DNA of 64,000 bases from the human T2T-CHM13v2.0 reference genome, Homo sapiens, in the NCBI RefSeq assembly GCF_009914755.1, contig NC_060934.1; one strand, 5' to 3'. Position 1 is the stretch's first letter. Each line of letters opens with the position of its first letter. The position numbers and the translations under genes are program-made. The notes under the pieces are model-generated. The model made no database searches and was not told the origin of the DNA. It saw nothing but the letters and a program-made list of their open reading frames with translations. Of the stretch, positions 42,801 through 55,600 are shown in pieces.

Positions 42801-45270
42801 CTGTTTTCATTTCTTTCAAGAAGTATTTAAAATTTCCTTCTTAATTTCTTCATTAACTCATTTGTCATTCAGGAGAATGTTGTTTAATTTTTATGTATTT
42901 TTACAGTTTCCAGTGTTCCTCTTGTTATTGATTTCTAATTATAATCCACTGAAACCTGAGAATACATGGTATAATTGCATTTTTGAAAAAATTATTTAGA
43001 GTTGTTTTGGGCCTAACATAGGGTCTACCCTAGAGAATGTTCCATCTGCTGATGAGAAGAATGTACATTTTGTAGCCATTGGAAAAAATGTTCTGTAAAT
43101 GTCTATTAGGTTCATTTGGTATAAAATGAAGCTTAAGTACAATGTTTCTTTGTTGACTTTCTGTATAGATTAGCTGTGCAATGCTGAGGGTGAGGAGGGT
43201 GAGGTGTTAAAGTTCTCAACTATTATTACATTGGTGTCTCTATCTCTCTCTTTAACTATAATAATATTTGCCCTATATATCTGAGTGCTCTGGTGTTCGG
43301 TGGATATATATTAACAATTGTTCTTTCCTCTTGCTGAACTGATTTTTTAATCACTATATAATGACCTCTGTGTCTTTTTATCTTTTTATTTTTAATAAAA
43401 GTCTATTTTGTCTGATATAAGTTTGCTACTTTTGCACACTTTTTGTTTGCATTTGCAGCAAATATCTTGTTTAATCTGTTCTGTTATAGTCTATGTGTGT
43501 TTTTAAATGAGAAGTGAGTTTCACAAGCAGCAAATAGTTGGGTCTCAGTTTTTTAATTCAGCCAGTTTATATATTTCAATTAGGGAATTTAAACGGTTTA
43601 CATTTAAGGTTGTTATTGATAAGATGAGGATTTATTCTTGTCATTTTGTTAGTTGTTTTGTAATTGCTCTGTATAGCCTTAGTTCCTTTCTTCTTTTATT
43701 ATTTTTGTGGTTTGGTGGTTTTCTGTAGTGATAAAATTTTATTCCTTTCTTTTTCTCATTTGCATATCTGCTTTACCAGTGAATTGTATACTTTCATGTT
43801 TTTCCTTAATTGATAGGTAACATCTACCAATGATATAGACACATATCTGCTTTTGCTTAATTGATAGATAACATCCTTTCGCTTTCAGAGGTTGGAGTCC
43901 CTTAAGCATTTCTTGTAGGTTCAGTTTAACAGTGATTAATTCCCTCAGTCTTTGTATGTCTGGGAAAATTTTATGTCTCCTTCATTTCTAAAGAATAGCT
44001 TTATGGTTTATAGTATTCTTAGTTGAAAGTTTTTTCTTTTTTTTATTCCAGCAATCTGAATATATCATCCTATCCTCTCCTAGCTTGTAAGTTTCTTCTG
44101 AGAAATCTGCTGTTAGTCGGACAAAGATACCCTCATATGTGACTTGATGCTTTCTTTTGGTGTTTTTAGAATTCCCTTTTTGTCTTTACTTTGACAATTT
44201 GACTATCATGTGCCTCATAGAAGACCTTTTTGGATTTAATCGATTTGGGAACATTTGAGCTCCCTATATCTAGATGATTATCTCCCAAGAGTTGGAAACT
44301 TTTCAGCTATTGTTTCATTAAATAAGTGGCCTATTTATTTTCTCACTGCTTTTCCTTCTGGAATTTCTAAAACAGGAATAGACTATTTGTTTGCATAGTG
44401 ATATCCCATATGTCATGTAAACTTTTTTCATTTTTATTCTTTTTTCTCTTTTTGCCTAATTCGCTTATTTCAAAAGATCTGTCTTCAAGATCACAAATTA
44501 TTTCTTTTGCTTTATCTAGTCTATTGTTAAACTTGAGTAGGGTGCTTTGGCTTTGTTTCTGGGAGAATGCAGTACTGTAGTCACCATATGATTTCTTCAG
44601 CATTAGTCCAATCAGTAGTATCTATGGCTTCACAGTGTCTTATGCTCTAGTTGTTCCTGAAAGCTGTGATGTGACTTTACTGGAGATGGGGCCTCCAGGC
44701 AAGCAGTCCTTGGATCCCTGGGGAGTGCACACGCACCTCTGGTGGTACACATTGCATGGACCAGTTCTCAGGATCCTGGGTGGTACACAAAGGTACATAG
44801 TGGCCCTGTTATTGCTGGGCCAAGTTTGCTGGGTTGTGATGGTGGCACATCCCAGACAGGGCAGTCCTTAAGCCCTAAGTGGCACGTTTGGGGATCAGTG
44901 TTCATGGCAGTAGGTCACAAGCAAGCTGGTCCTCAGGCCCCTGGGCATTGTGTGCAGGCACATGATGGCCCAATTGCTGCAGGGAACAAGGTCACTGTCA
45001 TCAGGGAAGGTGGCTCTCAGGCTCTTGGAAGCATGTGCTTTGGATTTCTATGTCCTGGGGAGAGCCTCCCTGACGTGCAGGACTGCCTATTCCCTGGGAT
45101 TTAGGTCTCTGTGTGGGCTCAGGTAACAGAGACCCTGTGGCACCATTAGGTTCAGCTGGTAATGTAACACTGCAACCTTCTGGGATGGTGTCGGGGGATG
45201 TAGGCTGTGCACCTGTGATGTGGAGATGCAGCAGCAATTAGGCCCCAGGGCAGGATGTAGTCTGGTGTGA
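39845..45270 (-). mobile_element. Long L1M/L1MA LINE (about 5.4 kb): ORF2, ORF1 and 5' UTR remnants, lacking the distal 3' UTR
   Basis: ORF2 peptides (KDVYNENYKALMKEIEED..., [22 protein letters not shown]), ORF1 coiled-coil (NNRLDKAKEIICDLEDRSFEI), GC-richer 5' region 44600-45270. Confidence 0.92.
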
Positions 45271-46502
45271 CACTTGTTAGTGCATTTTTGATGGCATTGA
45301 AAGTTACCTTGGTGTTACTAAGCCAAGGTCAAAGAACATTGTGATGATTAATGCTGAAAGTTATTTTTTCATAATTTGAAGATTTTTTAAAATATTAATC
45401 CTGGGGCCAAACACATTAAAGGAATTAAGAAGAAATAAATCTGGAAAATTAATGTAGACACAGAATTTAAAATGGGAATAAATACTTTTACACATTCAGC
45501 AAATACCTATTAAGAGACTTCAGGCAAAACTATGGAAGTAAGAGGTCCTATTAAGATTCTACAGCAACTTAGGGAAAAGAAAGTTACTTGAACTGGCGTA
45601 GTAGCAGTGAATATGGGGGAAAAGTGAACATATTTAAGAAAAATTTAAAATATAGAATAAAACACATCTTCAACTATCCTTCAATACTACAGTTCACTAA
45701 AGGTCAATGTGATATTATAATCAGAACACTCCACAATAAGGGAATAACATTGCTAATTCTAATTTAGAAGTGGTCAATCTCTTTTTCAGAAAATTCAAAA
45801 ACCATTGTCAATCGCTTCCACCAATCCTCATTTGATCTCCACCACCACAGTTCTTTTGCAAGTAATCTCTTCCACTACCTTTTACTCATTGTTCAATTTC
45901 CAGTACCTTTCATGGGATTTAGCACTCATAATTATGGAATATTAAATAAATAAACGAAGGAATAAATAAAAGAAAGGTTGTATTTTTACAAACCCTTATA
46001 TTTAATCAGTTCTTAGTAATTGTTGAATAGTTCTTATGGTCCAAATCATTCATCCCTTCTATCAAAGTTTGTAGCTCATGATGAGTCAGTTTATGCAAAC
46101 TGACCTCTGAAAATATATGTTTAACTATCATGAGACATTTGTTGATGGTATGAATAATTTTTAAATGATCATTGAAAAACTTTCAGTTTTAAATATATAA
46201 CTGCAATGGATAAACAGAAGACATTTGTCATTAGAGATACCCTTATTTCAAGAATCTTTAGTCAATATTGGACCATTGAATCATACTAAAACATAATTAT
46301 AAGCAAATATTTTACCACATGTGATCTTCCTCTGTGGTAATAACAAAAAAATAGTTTAAAGTCTAAGAGTCCTTTACCATTGATTTTAAATTTTTATTTG
46401 TATTTACATTTTAATGTAGAGAGAGCTGATATTCTGAGAATTCACACGTTTTCACAAATGATTCAGAAGAAAATGGAAATCTGTTTTGGACCCTTATTCC
46501 CT

Positions 46503-46503
46503 A

Positions 46504-46538
<35 letters not shown>

Positions 46539-46592
46539 ATGGAAAATAGTCTCTCCCTCTCTGTCTCTCTCTCTCTCTCTATATATATATAT
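46503..46592 (+). repeat. (TCTA)n and (CT)n(AT)n microsatellites
   Basis: About 8 TCTA units, then CT and AT dinucleotide runs. Confidence 0.92.
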
Positions 46593-46782
46593 AGTATTAG
46601 TATTGACTCCTGAAAGAAAGCCCATGAGAGGTTAAATGCTTATAAAAAATTTGAAAGTAAAATTTTCCCTAAGTAATTCACAACACAGATACGCTAAGAA
46701 CTAACTTGTCAATTGATCTACCTGACAAAAGAGGAACCAGAAGTCTCTGAATACAAAACAACATATCACTCTAAAAGATCAT

Positions 46783-47159
46783 TGTATTAGTCCATTCTCA
46801 TGCTGCTCTAAAGAACTTCCCAAGACTGGGTCATTTATAAAGAAAAGAGGTTTAATTGACTCACAGTTCCACATGGCTAGGGAGGCCTCAGGAAACTTAC
46901 AATCATGGTGGAAGGGGAAGCAAACACATCCTTTTTCACATCATGGCAGGAAGGAGAATGAGAGCCCAGTGAAGGAAGAAGCCTTTATAAAACCATCAGA
47001 TCTCGTGAGAATTAACCTCACTATCACAAGAACAGGATGGGGGAAACCACCCCTGTAATTCAATTATCTCTATGGGGTCCCTCCCACAACAACATGTGGG
47101 AATTATGGGAACTATAATTCAAGATGAGATTTTGGTGGGGACATAGCCAAGCCATATCA
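46783..47159 (-). mobile_element. THE1 (C/D-like) MaLR solo LTR
   Basis: tgtattagtccattctca...gccaagccatatca; 5-bp TSD atcat. Confidence 0.93.
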
Positions 47160-47701
47160 ATCATTCTTCACAAGTACCAGATAAGTTATTTGCTATTAAA
47201 CACATCTGTAACTTTTCTAAGAAAATCTGTCCCCTACAGAAGATGCAAGATTGTGCCAATTCTCATCACAGCTATTCAAACTATGATTAATTATCTGAAA
47301 AAAAAAAAAAAAAAAAAGGTAACCCATCTATTCATTGGTTTTATTTTGGACCTACAGCATCTAGGCTGGTACAAAAAAGATCTAGAGGGCCAGCTAGATT
47401 CTTTCTCTTTTGTTTGACTGGGAAAATTCTGAGAGAAGATGCCATAATCTGTGGGAGCAGATGTTGAAAAATTATGATGTTACAAAAAGATCACTGGTAA
47501 AGAATCATGGCTAAACTAATATAAGATAAGCTTATGAAGGCACAGAAACTTGAGAGAGCAGTGGAAACCACTCAGTATTTTAGGCAAACATGTCTGCTTG
47601 ACTGTTTAATGGCCATTTCTCTTTTTTTACTAACAAATCTCTGATTTTGTTTGTGTAGTAAGTGACTAGTAATAAAGGTTAAATTGTGGCTGGTCTAAGC
47701 C

Positions 47702-47910
47702 TAGTGTTCAATTAGAACCTGTTTATTCCAGCTCACAAGAGCCGATTCTATGCATTTCGTACCAACTCAGAGTTCAGTGACATCACATTGGTAGCTTAAA
47801 ACCTGCAAAGGTGGGGGTATTTATGCCACAGAAATAAACAAATGCTACAAATTAGGACTACCACTCCCTCTGGCTTCTAGTCAGTTGTTAATCACTTATC
47901 AGCACCCTCT
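47702..47910 (+). mobile_element. MER63A-like hAT MITE
   Basis: gagccgatt...gttcagtgacatcacattggtagctt...gtatttatgccacagaaat...tatcagcac. Confidence 0.75.
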
Positions 47911-48177
47911 AAACTCATCTTGGAAATCTAATTTTCTTTTGCCGGTAATTGGCTCAAGATTGAGAGAGGAACCAAGTTTTGACCTATGACAAGTAAGAGA
48001 AACTGATGAAAATCATCTGGGAAAGACTTTCTTCTCTAAAGTTAAAGCTGCAAGCCAGCTTCTTTTTCCGTTTTAAATTGTGTTGTGTAATGTTTGGAGA
48101 TGCAATGCTTTAAGATGCAACCAAGAGGGAACATGAACAGAATTCAGAGATGCTTACACATTAATAACCTTGAACTG

Positions 48178-48480
48178 GGCCGGGCAAGGTGGCTCACACC
48201 TATAATCCCAGCACTTTGAGAGGTCAAGGCGGGTGGATCACAAGGTCAGGAGTTCGAGACCAGTCTGGCCAATACAGTGAAACTCCATCTCTACTAAAAA
48301 TCAAAAAAATTAGCCAGGTGTGGTGGCACATGCCTGTAATCCCAGCTACTTGGGAGGCTGAGGCAGGAGAATTGCTTGAATCCGGGAGGTGGAGTTGCAG
48401 TGAGCCAAGATTGCGCCACTGCACTCAAGCCTGGGTGACACAGAGAGACTCTGTCTCAAAATAAATAAATAAATAAATAA
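48178..48480 (+). mobile_element. AluS (Sg-like)
   Basis: Full dimer, (TAAA)n tail; TSD aataaccttgaactg (48163-48177 / 48481-48495). Confidence 0.95.
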
Positions 48481-48493
48481 AATAACCTTGAAC

Positions 48494-49048
48494 TGTCAGA
48501 GGCATGTGAATCAGAACAACTCCATCTTGAATAGGAGCTTGGTAAAATGATTTTGAAACCTACTGGGCTGCATTCCTAGACAGTTAATGCATTCTAAGTC
48601 ACAGGATGAGATAGGAGGTCGGCACAAGATATAGGTCATAAAGACCTTGCTGATAAAATAGGTTTGCAGTAAAGAAGCCGGCTAAATCCTACCAAAACCA
48701 AGATGGCCACAAGAGTGACCTCTGCTCATCCTCACTACTACACTGCCATCAGCCCCATGACAATTTACAAATGCCATGGCAACATCAGGAAGTTACCCTA
48801 TATGGTCTAAAAGGGGGAGGCATGAATAATCCACCCCTTGTTTAGCATATCACCAAGAAATAACCATAAAAATGGGCAACCAGCAGTTCTCAGGGCTGCT
48901 CTGTTAATGAAGTACCCATTCTTTCATTTCTTTACTTTCTCAATAAACTTGCTTTCACTTTGCATTGCAGACTTACCCCCAATTTTTTCTTGCACAAGAT
49001 CCAAGAACCCTCTCTTGGGGTCTAGAATGGGACCCCTTTCCTGTAACA
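48494..49048 (+). mobile_element. MER41A ERV1 solo LTR
   Basis: tgtcagaggc...actccatcttgaatagg...ggggaggcatgaataatcc...gacccctttcctgtaaca; TG...CA ends. Confidence 0.92.
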
Positions 49049-50662
49049 GAAATATTACCAACCAGGGCAACCAAAATGCAGAAAATCATGAGCAGTCCAC
49101 CATGGGCATAGAAAATAATGTGCGTTTTCTGTACAGAATTTAAAAATAATAATTAAACATATTAACCATCAGTCTACTTTTTATTATCCTCCTGTACGGA
49201 CAATTCTAAATAATGTTAGCCATGAAAATATCCCTCTCCACATAGCTTAACTGCTCCTACCCAAGTCCTCCGTTTGCTAGGGCTAGTAACCCTAAAGCCA
49301 AGTATATCAAACATCTAGGTATATGAGATAAGGAAGGGTTTTTGTTATTTAAGTAACCTTTACATGAGTTTTCTGTTTCTTGTTTATGTTTTGAACTGCT
49401 TAAGTTGTCCATGAAAAGAAGCAGATCCAGAATATCGGTATATCAGGTTAATCTAGCACTAAAGGGAAAAACTATTAATTCCTGCTTTAAGGACCTACAA
49501 TATCCCTGGATCCCAGGCCTCCCCCAGCTCTAATCATGCAAAGATTGGTAAATTATGGTTCCCCTTGTTGCATGTCCAGAGTATTCTCCCTATGTGCTGT
49601 CAGTATTACTATGCTAAACTACCTCTACATTGATGAATGTAAGTAGGTTCCTTTGCCTTTTAACCAAAAGAACCGAGAAACAGAACCTACTATACAACAG
49701 TCAAATTACAAAAGGCTTTTCCAATATAAGGTGTTGACTGAATTTACTTTGTGAAGTCTATATGAAGGAGATAGCAAATAGACAAAAATATGCTTAACGT
49801 TGTTCATAATAATTAAAATTACTGTTTAAATGTTACCAAAAGAGCACATAAATGAATAAGTTCTTGAATAATATACAATCATGCAGAAATATGCAGCCAA
49901 ATATGTGTAAAAAGGCAAGTAACATAAATATGCATATATACATGCATGATACACATTTGAAAATATAAATATATATTAGAAAAATGGTGAAAGGAAAAAA
50001 AATCAGTTAGCAGTGATTATTATTCCTGAGTAGTGGAATCAAAGGCCATTAATTTTTTTTCCCATACATTTTCTATATTTCCAAAGATTTTGATTCTATA
50101 AAAATAAAGTAGTTTAAAAATATGTAATTAGCATACATTTCATTTTCACTAATGTATCATGAAAATATAGTTGGTTTCTGGAATAATTTTTCATTATGAG
50201 AATGTATACATACATGAAAGTAATGAAGTCAATAGGTTAGACTGGAACAAATCAGGTAACTTTAAAAAATGAAGTTGGATATTCATGAGAATTTGCATTT
50301 TATAAGAAAGAATATTATCACATTCCAAGAAAATCCTTCTCTTACAAAAAAGGAAAAATGTATATATAATTTATTTTAGACAGAGGATTACTTTTTGAGA
50401 GAATAAAAAAGACGAAAATGTGTTCACTTCTTTGTTCTTACAACACAAACAAAACTTGAATTATGCTTCTGAGGATATTGATTTATGAGTATCTTCACAA
50501 TCCTGTGGGATATTATTCTAATTTGTGATGAGATAATAATCTGGGCTTCACATGGAATCTCAACCTTGTCTGTTGTAGTTAGATATTTAGACTTGTTTGT
50601 TTAATTCTTTAGATTAGCACTGTCAAATACATATAATGGTTGTTGAATTATCATATTGCATC

Positions 50663-51133
50663 TGTGAAAGGAAAATAAATCTTGGAGCCCCAAAATTACT
50701 AAGCCAAAGGGAAAAGTCAAGCTGGGAACTGCTTAGGACAAACCTGCCTCCCATTCTATTCAAAGTCATCTCTCTGCTCAGTGAGATAAATGCATATCTG
50801 ATTGCCTCCTTTGGAAAAGCTAATCAGAAACTCAAAAGATTGCAACCATTTGTCTCTTATCTACCTATGACCTGGAAGCCCCCTTCCCATTTCTACTTGT
50901 CCCACTTTTGCTTCAATTTGTTCCACATTTCTAGACTGAACCTTTGTTCATCTTACATATGTTGATTGATGTCTCATGTCTCCCTAAAATGTATAAAACT
51001 AAGCTGTGCTCTGATCACCTTGGGCACATGTCATCAGGAACTTCTGAGGCTGAGTCATGGGTGCGTGTCCTGAACTTTGGCAAAATAAACTTCCCAAATT
51101 GACTGAGATCTGTCTCAGATTTTGTGGTTCACA
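50663..51133 (+). mobile_element. MER4A/MER4A1 ERV1 solo LTR
   Basis: tgtgaaaggaaaataaatcttgg...aagggaaaagtcaagctgggaactg...ggttcaca; TSD catc/catt. Confidence 0.9.
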
Positions 51134-51480
51134 CATTTCAAATCGATGATGTTTTCTCACTAATATGTTTTTTTCCATGAGGGGAGAAAAATTTGGTTGG
51201 AAAAGAAGCGCAGGGAAATCAGGATTTATTTGAAAATCTAGGAAAAACCTAAGATTCTAGGTATTATTTTCTAATATGTTTTGGCCATGAATAGGAGTTT
51301 CTTTTATAGACTCAGTGTAAATTGTTAAATTTAAAAAGATTACAAGAGGTCAGGCTCATAATCCCAGAGTAGACCATGGATGACACAACTGCTGCTAATA
51401 CATAGCAACATATTGCATCCAAAAATACAATCAATTAAATGTTTACTGGATTAAATAAAATTAATCTTATTTAGTATTAT

Positions 51481-51794
<314 letters not shown>

Positions 51795-51858
51795 AGTATT
51801 ATTCTATTTTATAAAATTGACAAGAGAAAATAAACAAATTAAAAGAATAAAAACATAC

Positions 51859-52015
51859 CAGATACAGCAAGGAAGTCATCAATGCTTGTAATGTCATCTA
51901 CGGCTTCAGTGAGGACATGTATATGATTCTCCCATGTACGCTTGTACATTTCCATGGTGTTTTTGACCGCTTGACTTTTGGGTCTTGCAGCCAAAGCAAG
52001 TGCAGCATTAATAAT
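51859..52015 (-). CDS. CTNNA3: Internal coding exon of alpha-T-catenin (catenin alpha-3), M-domain region; 157 bp, phase 0 to phase 1 (from memory exon 11)
   Basis: Minus strand reads ...ccttatctttatag|ATTATTAATGCT...GCTGTATCTG|gtatgt. It translates without stops to IINAALALAARPKSQAVKNTMEMYKRTWENHIHVLTEAVDDITSIDDFLAVS+G, matching the alpha-catenin motif VLTEAVDDITSIDDFLAVSE with alpha-T-specific residues. Confidence 0.97.
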
Positions 52016-52025
52016 CTATAAAGAT

Positions 52026-52238
52026 AAGGATTGAAAAAATTACCTATTGGTTGCAATGTTCACTATTTGGGTGATGGGCACACTAAAAGCCCACACTTCA
52101 CCACTATGCAATATATTCATGTAAGAAATCTGCACTTATAATTCCTAAATATATAAAATAAATAAAAAATATTAAAACAATAAAATAAAATTAATTAAAT
52201 TATACTCATTCATGTTAAACATAAAAAATGGAATTTAA
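52026..52238 (+). mobile_element. L1PB/L1MA-type extreme 3' end with decayed A-rich tail
   Basis: ttgaaaaaattacctattgg...aatgttcactatttgggtgatggg...aaagcccacacttcaccactatgcaatatattcatgtaa...ctgcactt; candidate TSD 52010-52025 / 52239-52254. Confidence 0.85.
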
Positions 52239-52503
52239 AAAAATCTGTAAAGATGTAGAACATTTACTCAGTGATTTATTTCAATACATTAAGTGTATTA
52301 AAATTAGATTATTTAAATTAAATTATGGTTAAATACATTCATCATCGACAATAGGAAAAACAGTAAAATGTCTCCATATATACAGTTTATATTGAAAAGT
52401 ACAAAACGTTTTATATTTATTAGTATAAATTATATAGGTATAAATAATAATTTTTATTTTTAAAATTTTCCTACTCCCTCTATTATTGCAGAGTGAGTTT
52501 TTT

Positions 52504-54120
52504 AAATATAAACTTTGTTACCATAAGCTCCATCAAGTTCAAGACACTTTTCTAAGTGATGATATCAGGCATTTAATCAATCCTTAACTGATGATTCTGG
52601 TAATTTAAACATGCCAATCCAGTCTTTTTTACATTATTAACTGGTGAGAAATGGATGCCTTTAACAGATTTTTTTTTCAAATTAGTAAACAAAAAGAAAT
52701 CAGAAAGAACCAAATTAGGACTGTAAGTTGAATGCCCAGTGATTTCCCATGGATATTCCTGAAACATTGCCCTTGTTTCGGGAGAGAAATGAGCAGAAGC
52801 ACTGTAATGGTGAAGAAGGACATTCTGTTGACACATTCTTGGGCATATTTCTGTTAAAGTTTTGGTTAATTTTGTCAAACCACTCTCAAAGTAAGCAGAT
52901 GTTATCATTCTTTGGCCCTCCAGGAAGTCATTAAGTAAAATGCCTTTAGCATATCAAAAAACTGTTGCCATAACCCTTGTTCTTGACTGGTCTGTTTTTG
53001 CTTTGACTGGATCACTTCCAACTCTCAGTAGCCATTGCTTTGATTGTGATGTCTTCAGAATTGTACTTGTAAAGCCGTGTTTCATCTCCTGTTACAATTC
53101 TTCAAAGAAGCAATTCAGGATCTTGGTCCCACTTATTTAAAAATTCCATCGAAAGCTCTGCTGTTGTCTGCAGCTGATCTGGGCAAAATGGTTTGGATAC
53201 TCATTGAGTGGAATGTTTTTTCAACTTTAATTTTTTAGTCAGAATTGTGTAAACTGAACCAATTAAGATGTCTATGGTGTTGGCTATTGCTTGTGCTATT
53301 AATCATTGGTTTCCTTCAATTAGAGCATGAATAATATAATATTTTTTTAATCACAAATGGATGTGGATGGGCTGCTTCTGTGAGCTTCATCTTCAACATC
53401 ATCTCATCTCTTGTTAAAATAAGTTATCAGTTTGTAAACTGAAGATTTATTTGGGGCATTGTCTCTATGAATATTTTTTAAAGCATCAGTGATTTCATCA
53501 TTCTTCCACTCAAACTTTGCCATAAATATGATGTTTGTTCTTCAATTTTAGCAGAGTTTATGTTGCCTTTCATAGGGGTTTGATATAGTTTGGCTGTATT
53601 TCCACTCAAATCTCATCTTGAATTGTAGTTCTCATAATTCCCATATGTCATGGGAGGGACCTGGTGGGAGGTACTTAAATCATGAGGACGGTTACCTCCA
53701 TGCTGTTCTTATGATAGTTGAGTTCTCACGAGATCTGATAGTTTCATAAGGGGATTTTCCCCTTTTGCTCAGCACTTCTCTTTCCTGCCGCTACGTAAAG
53801 AAGGACATGTTTGCATCCCCTTCTGCCATGGTTGTGAGTTTTCTGAGGCATCCCCAGCCCTGTGGAGCTGTGGGTCAATTAAACCTCTTTCCTTTATGGA
53901 TTACCCAGTCTCAGTTCTGTCTTTATTAGCAGCATTAGAACAGACTAATATAGGGCTCTTTTCAAACTGATGTCTCTGATTTTTAACCCGTCAAACTAGA
54001 TCCTGTCCACGCACGTTATCACAAGTTAGCACAAGTTTATTTTTGTGCAAAAATGTTGAATTCTATGCATAATTTTTTCATAAAACACATTTTCAGTAAA
54101 GGTTTTGAAGACCTCTCATA
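52504..54120 (-). mobile_element. HSMAR2 mariner transposon fossil, split by THE1
   Basis: ORF 52573-52908 (VLLHHYSASAH...HSTYSPNLVLSDFFLFTNLKK) is a decayed mariner HHDNAPAH / YSPDLAPSD region; TIR-like ttttgaagacctctcata at the right end. Confidence 0.9.
53581..53952 (+). mobile_element. THE1C-like MaLR solo LTR
   Basis: tgatatagtttggctgt...cagactaatata; TSD gggtt/gggct. Confidence 0.93.
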
Positions 54121-54939
54121 CAATGACAACAATAAAAAGAAGCTTTTTCTACTGAATATCCTAAAGACTGTACCTTAAGTCACTTCCTGTCACCACATTA
54201 TTGGAGGTAGAAGACGGAAAAAATTAGTTGCCTGAGAATAATATATTTAAATCCTCTTTTTTTGTTTCTTTTCTACAAAAGAGGAACATATTAAATTTTA
54301 AGGAAACACACTAACTTTAGAAATAACTACTGTGCAGTATGCCTTGACTTCAGTTTTAGAGTTTTATTAACCTATTAACTTACAATGTACCTTCGTGTAT
54401 ACTGCAGTGGCTCTGGTCCCTGGTGTTTCATTGTTCTTGCAATTGGACAGCTACGTACACATGTGGTTGTACTGAAATTATGCCTTCACAGCAAAGTATA
54501 CTTTTAAAGTACTGGTGTAAAACCCTCAGTGGAGATATGAAGTTATGAATATAAGACAGGCTACATTTTATAAGAATATTTTCAGTTCTGCTGCTGATCC
54601 AATTTATCTGATTCAACACTGCACACTATGAAGAAGCTTTATCCTACTTGACTCTTGTGATATTTAGCTTAAATCTAAAAGAAGACACAATTCAGAAGAA
54701 TTCTTCTAACCCTCTTTAAGGCAGAAAAATGTTCATCCCAATGTCACACTCCTAGAATTTTAGCCATATATCTAGAGAAAATAAAATAACCATTCTTAAA
54801 TCTTCTTCACGTAAAACTAAAGCTTTTTTTTAAAATGAATTATGTTGCTTTCTGAGGCATTTTGTTTCTTTAAATTATGGTTGAAATATTTACATGTCGG
54901 TCACTTGACCCTGATAATTATCTAGTCTGTCAGTTTACC

Positions 54940-55600
54940 TTTGAAACAGTCTCTTTTGAGTTCGGGCCTTATTATATCTTAACTGGGCCATTCTAGTAGC
55001 CTTGTAGGTTTCTACTTCCAGTCTCTATTTGCTCTTAGACATTCTCCTTAATGCAAACACATTTCTTTCTCAAATGCCGAAGTGATCATGCCCCCCACTT
55101 GCTGATAACCTTTGATAAAATCCTAGTTGACTAAAAACAAACACCATATTTCTTTTCAGTAATTCATAGTCTAAAACCGTCCCCAGGTTGGTCCTTACCT
55201 ACAGTTCATTCTGCTGTAATAATCTTACTCATTTTAGTCTTTGTTCCAGCCACAGTTTTAAGCTCCATTTCCTTATCACACCACTCATCTTTGTACCTCT
55301 GTGACTGTTTTTAGAGCTGAATCTGCCTTAATGCCCTTGCTCCATCCCTTTTTCTGCTCTACTCCGTCTCAGGAAACATTTTTCATACTTAACATATCCA
55401 TGGAAATATCACCACATACTGTGAAGCCTGTTTAAAAAATATTTTGTCCATATAAATAAATAGTAGTTATTCTATTGCATGATTGCTCGTACACATGTCT
55501 ATTCCTGGGTAATGAGCTCCATTATAGGAGGGACTATGTATTATTCATCTTTGCTTCTTGGTATACTAAACATGTTAATTACCATAAATGCTATACTTAC
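54940..55600 (+). mobile_element. L2 fragment
   Basis: Pyrimidine-rich body; gatcatg...cacttgctga, gagctccattatagg...tattcatctttg. Confidence 0.55.

Noticed and set aside
44635-45237. GC-richer island with overlapping ORFs, possible promoter or gene
   Set aside because: Lies at the 5' end of the long L1, is CpG-depleted, and is best explained as L1 5' UTR.
50636-50965. 109-aa ORF
   Set aside because: Almost entirely within the MER4A LTR.
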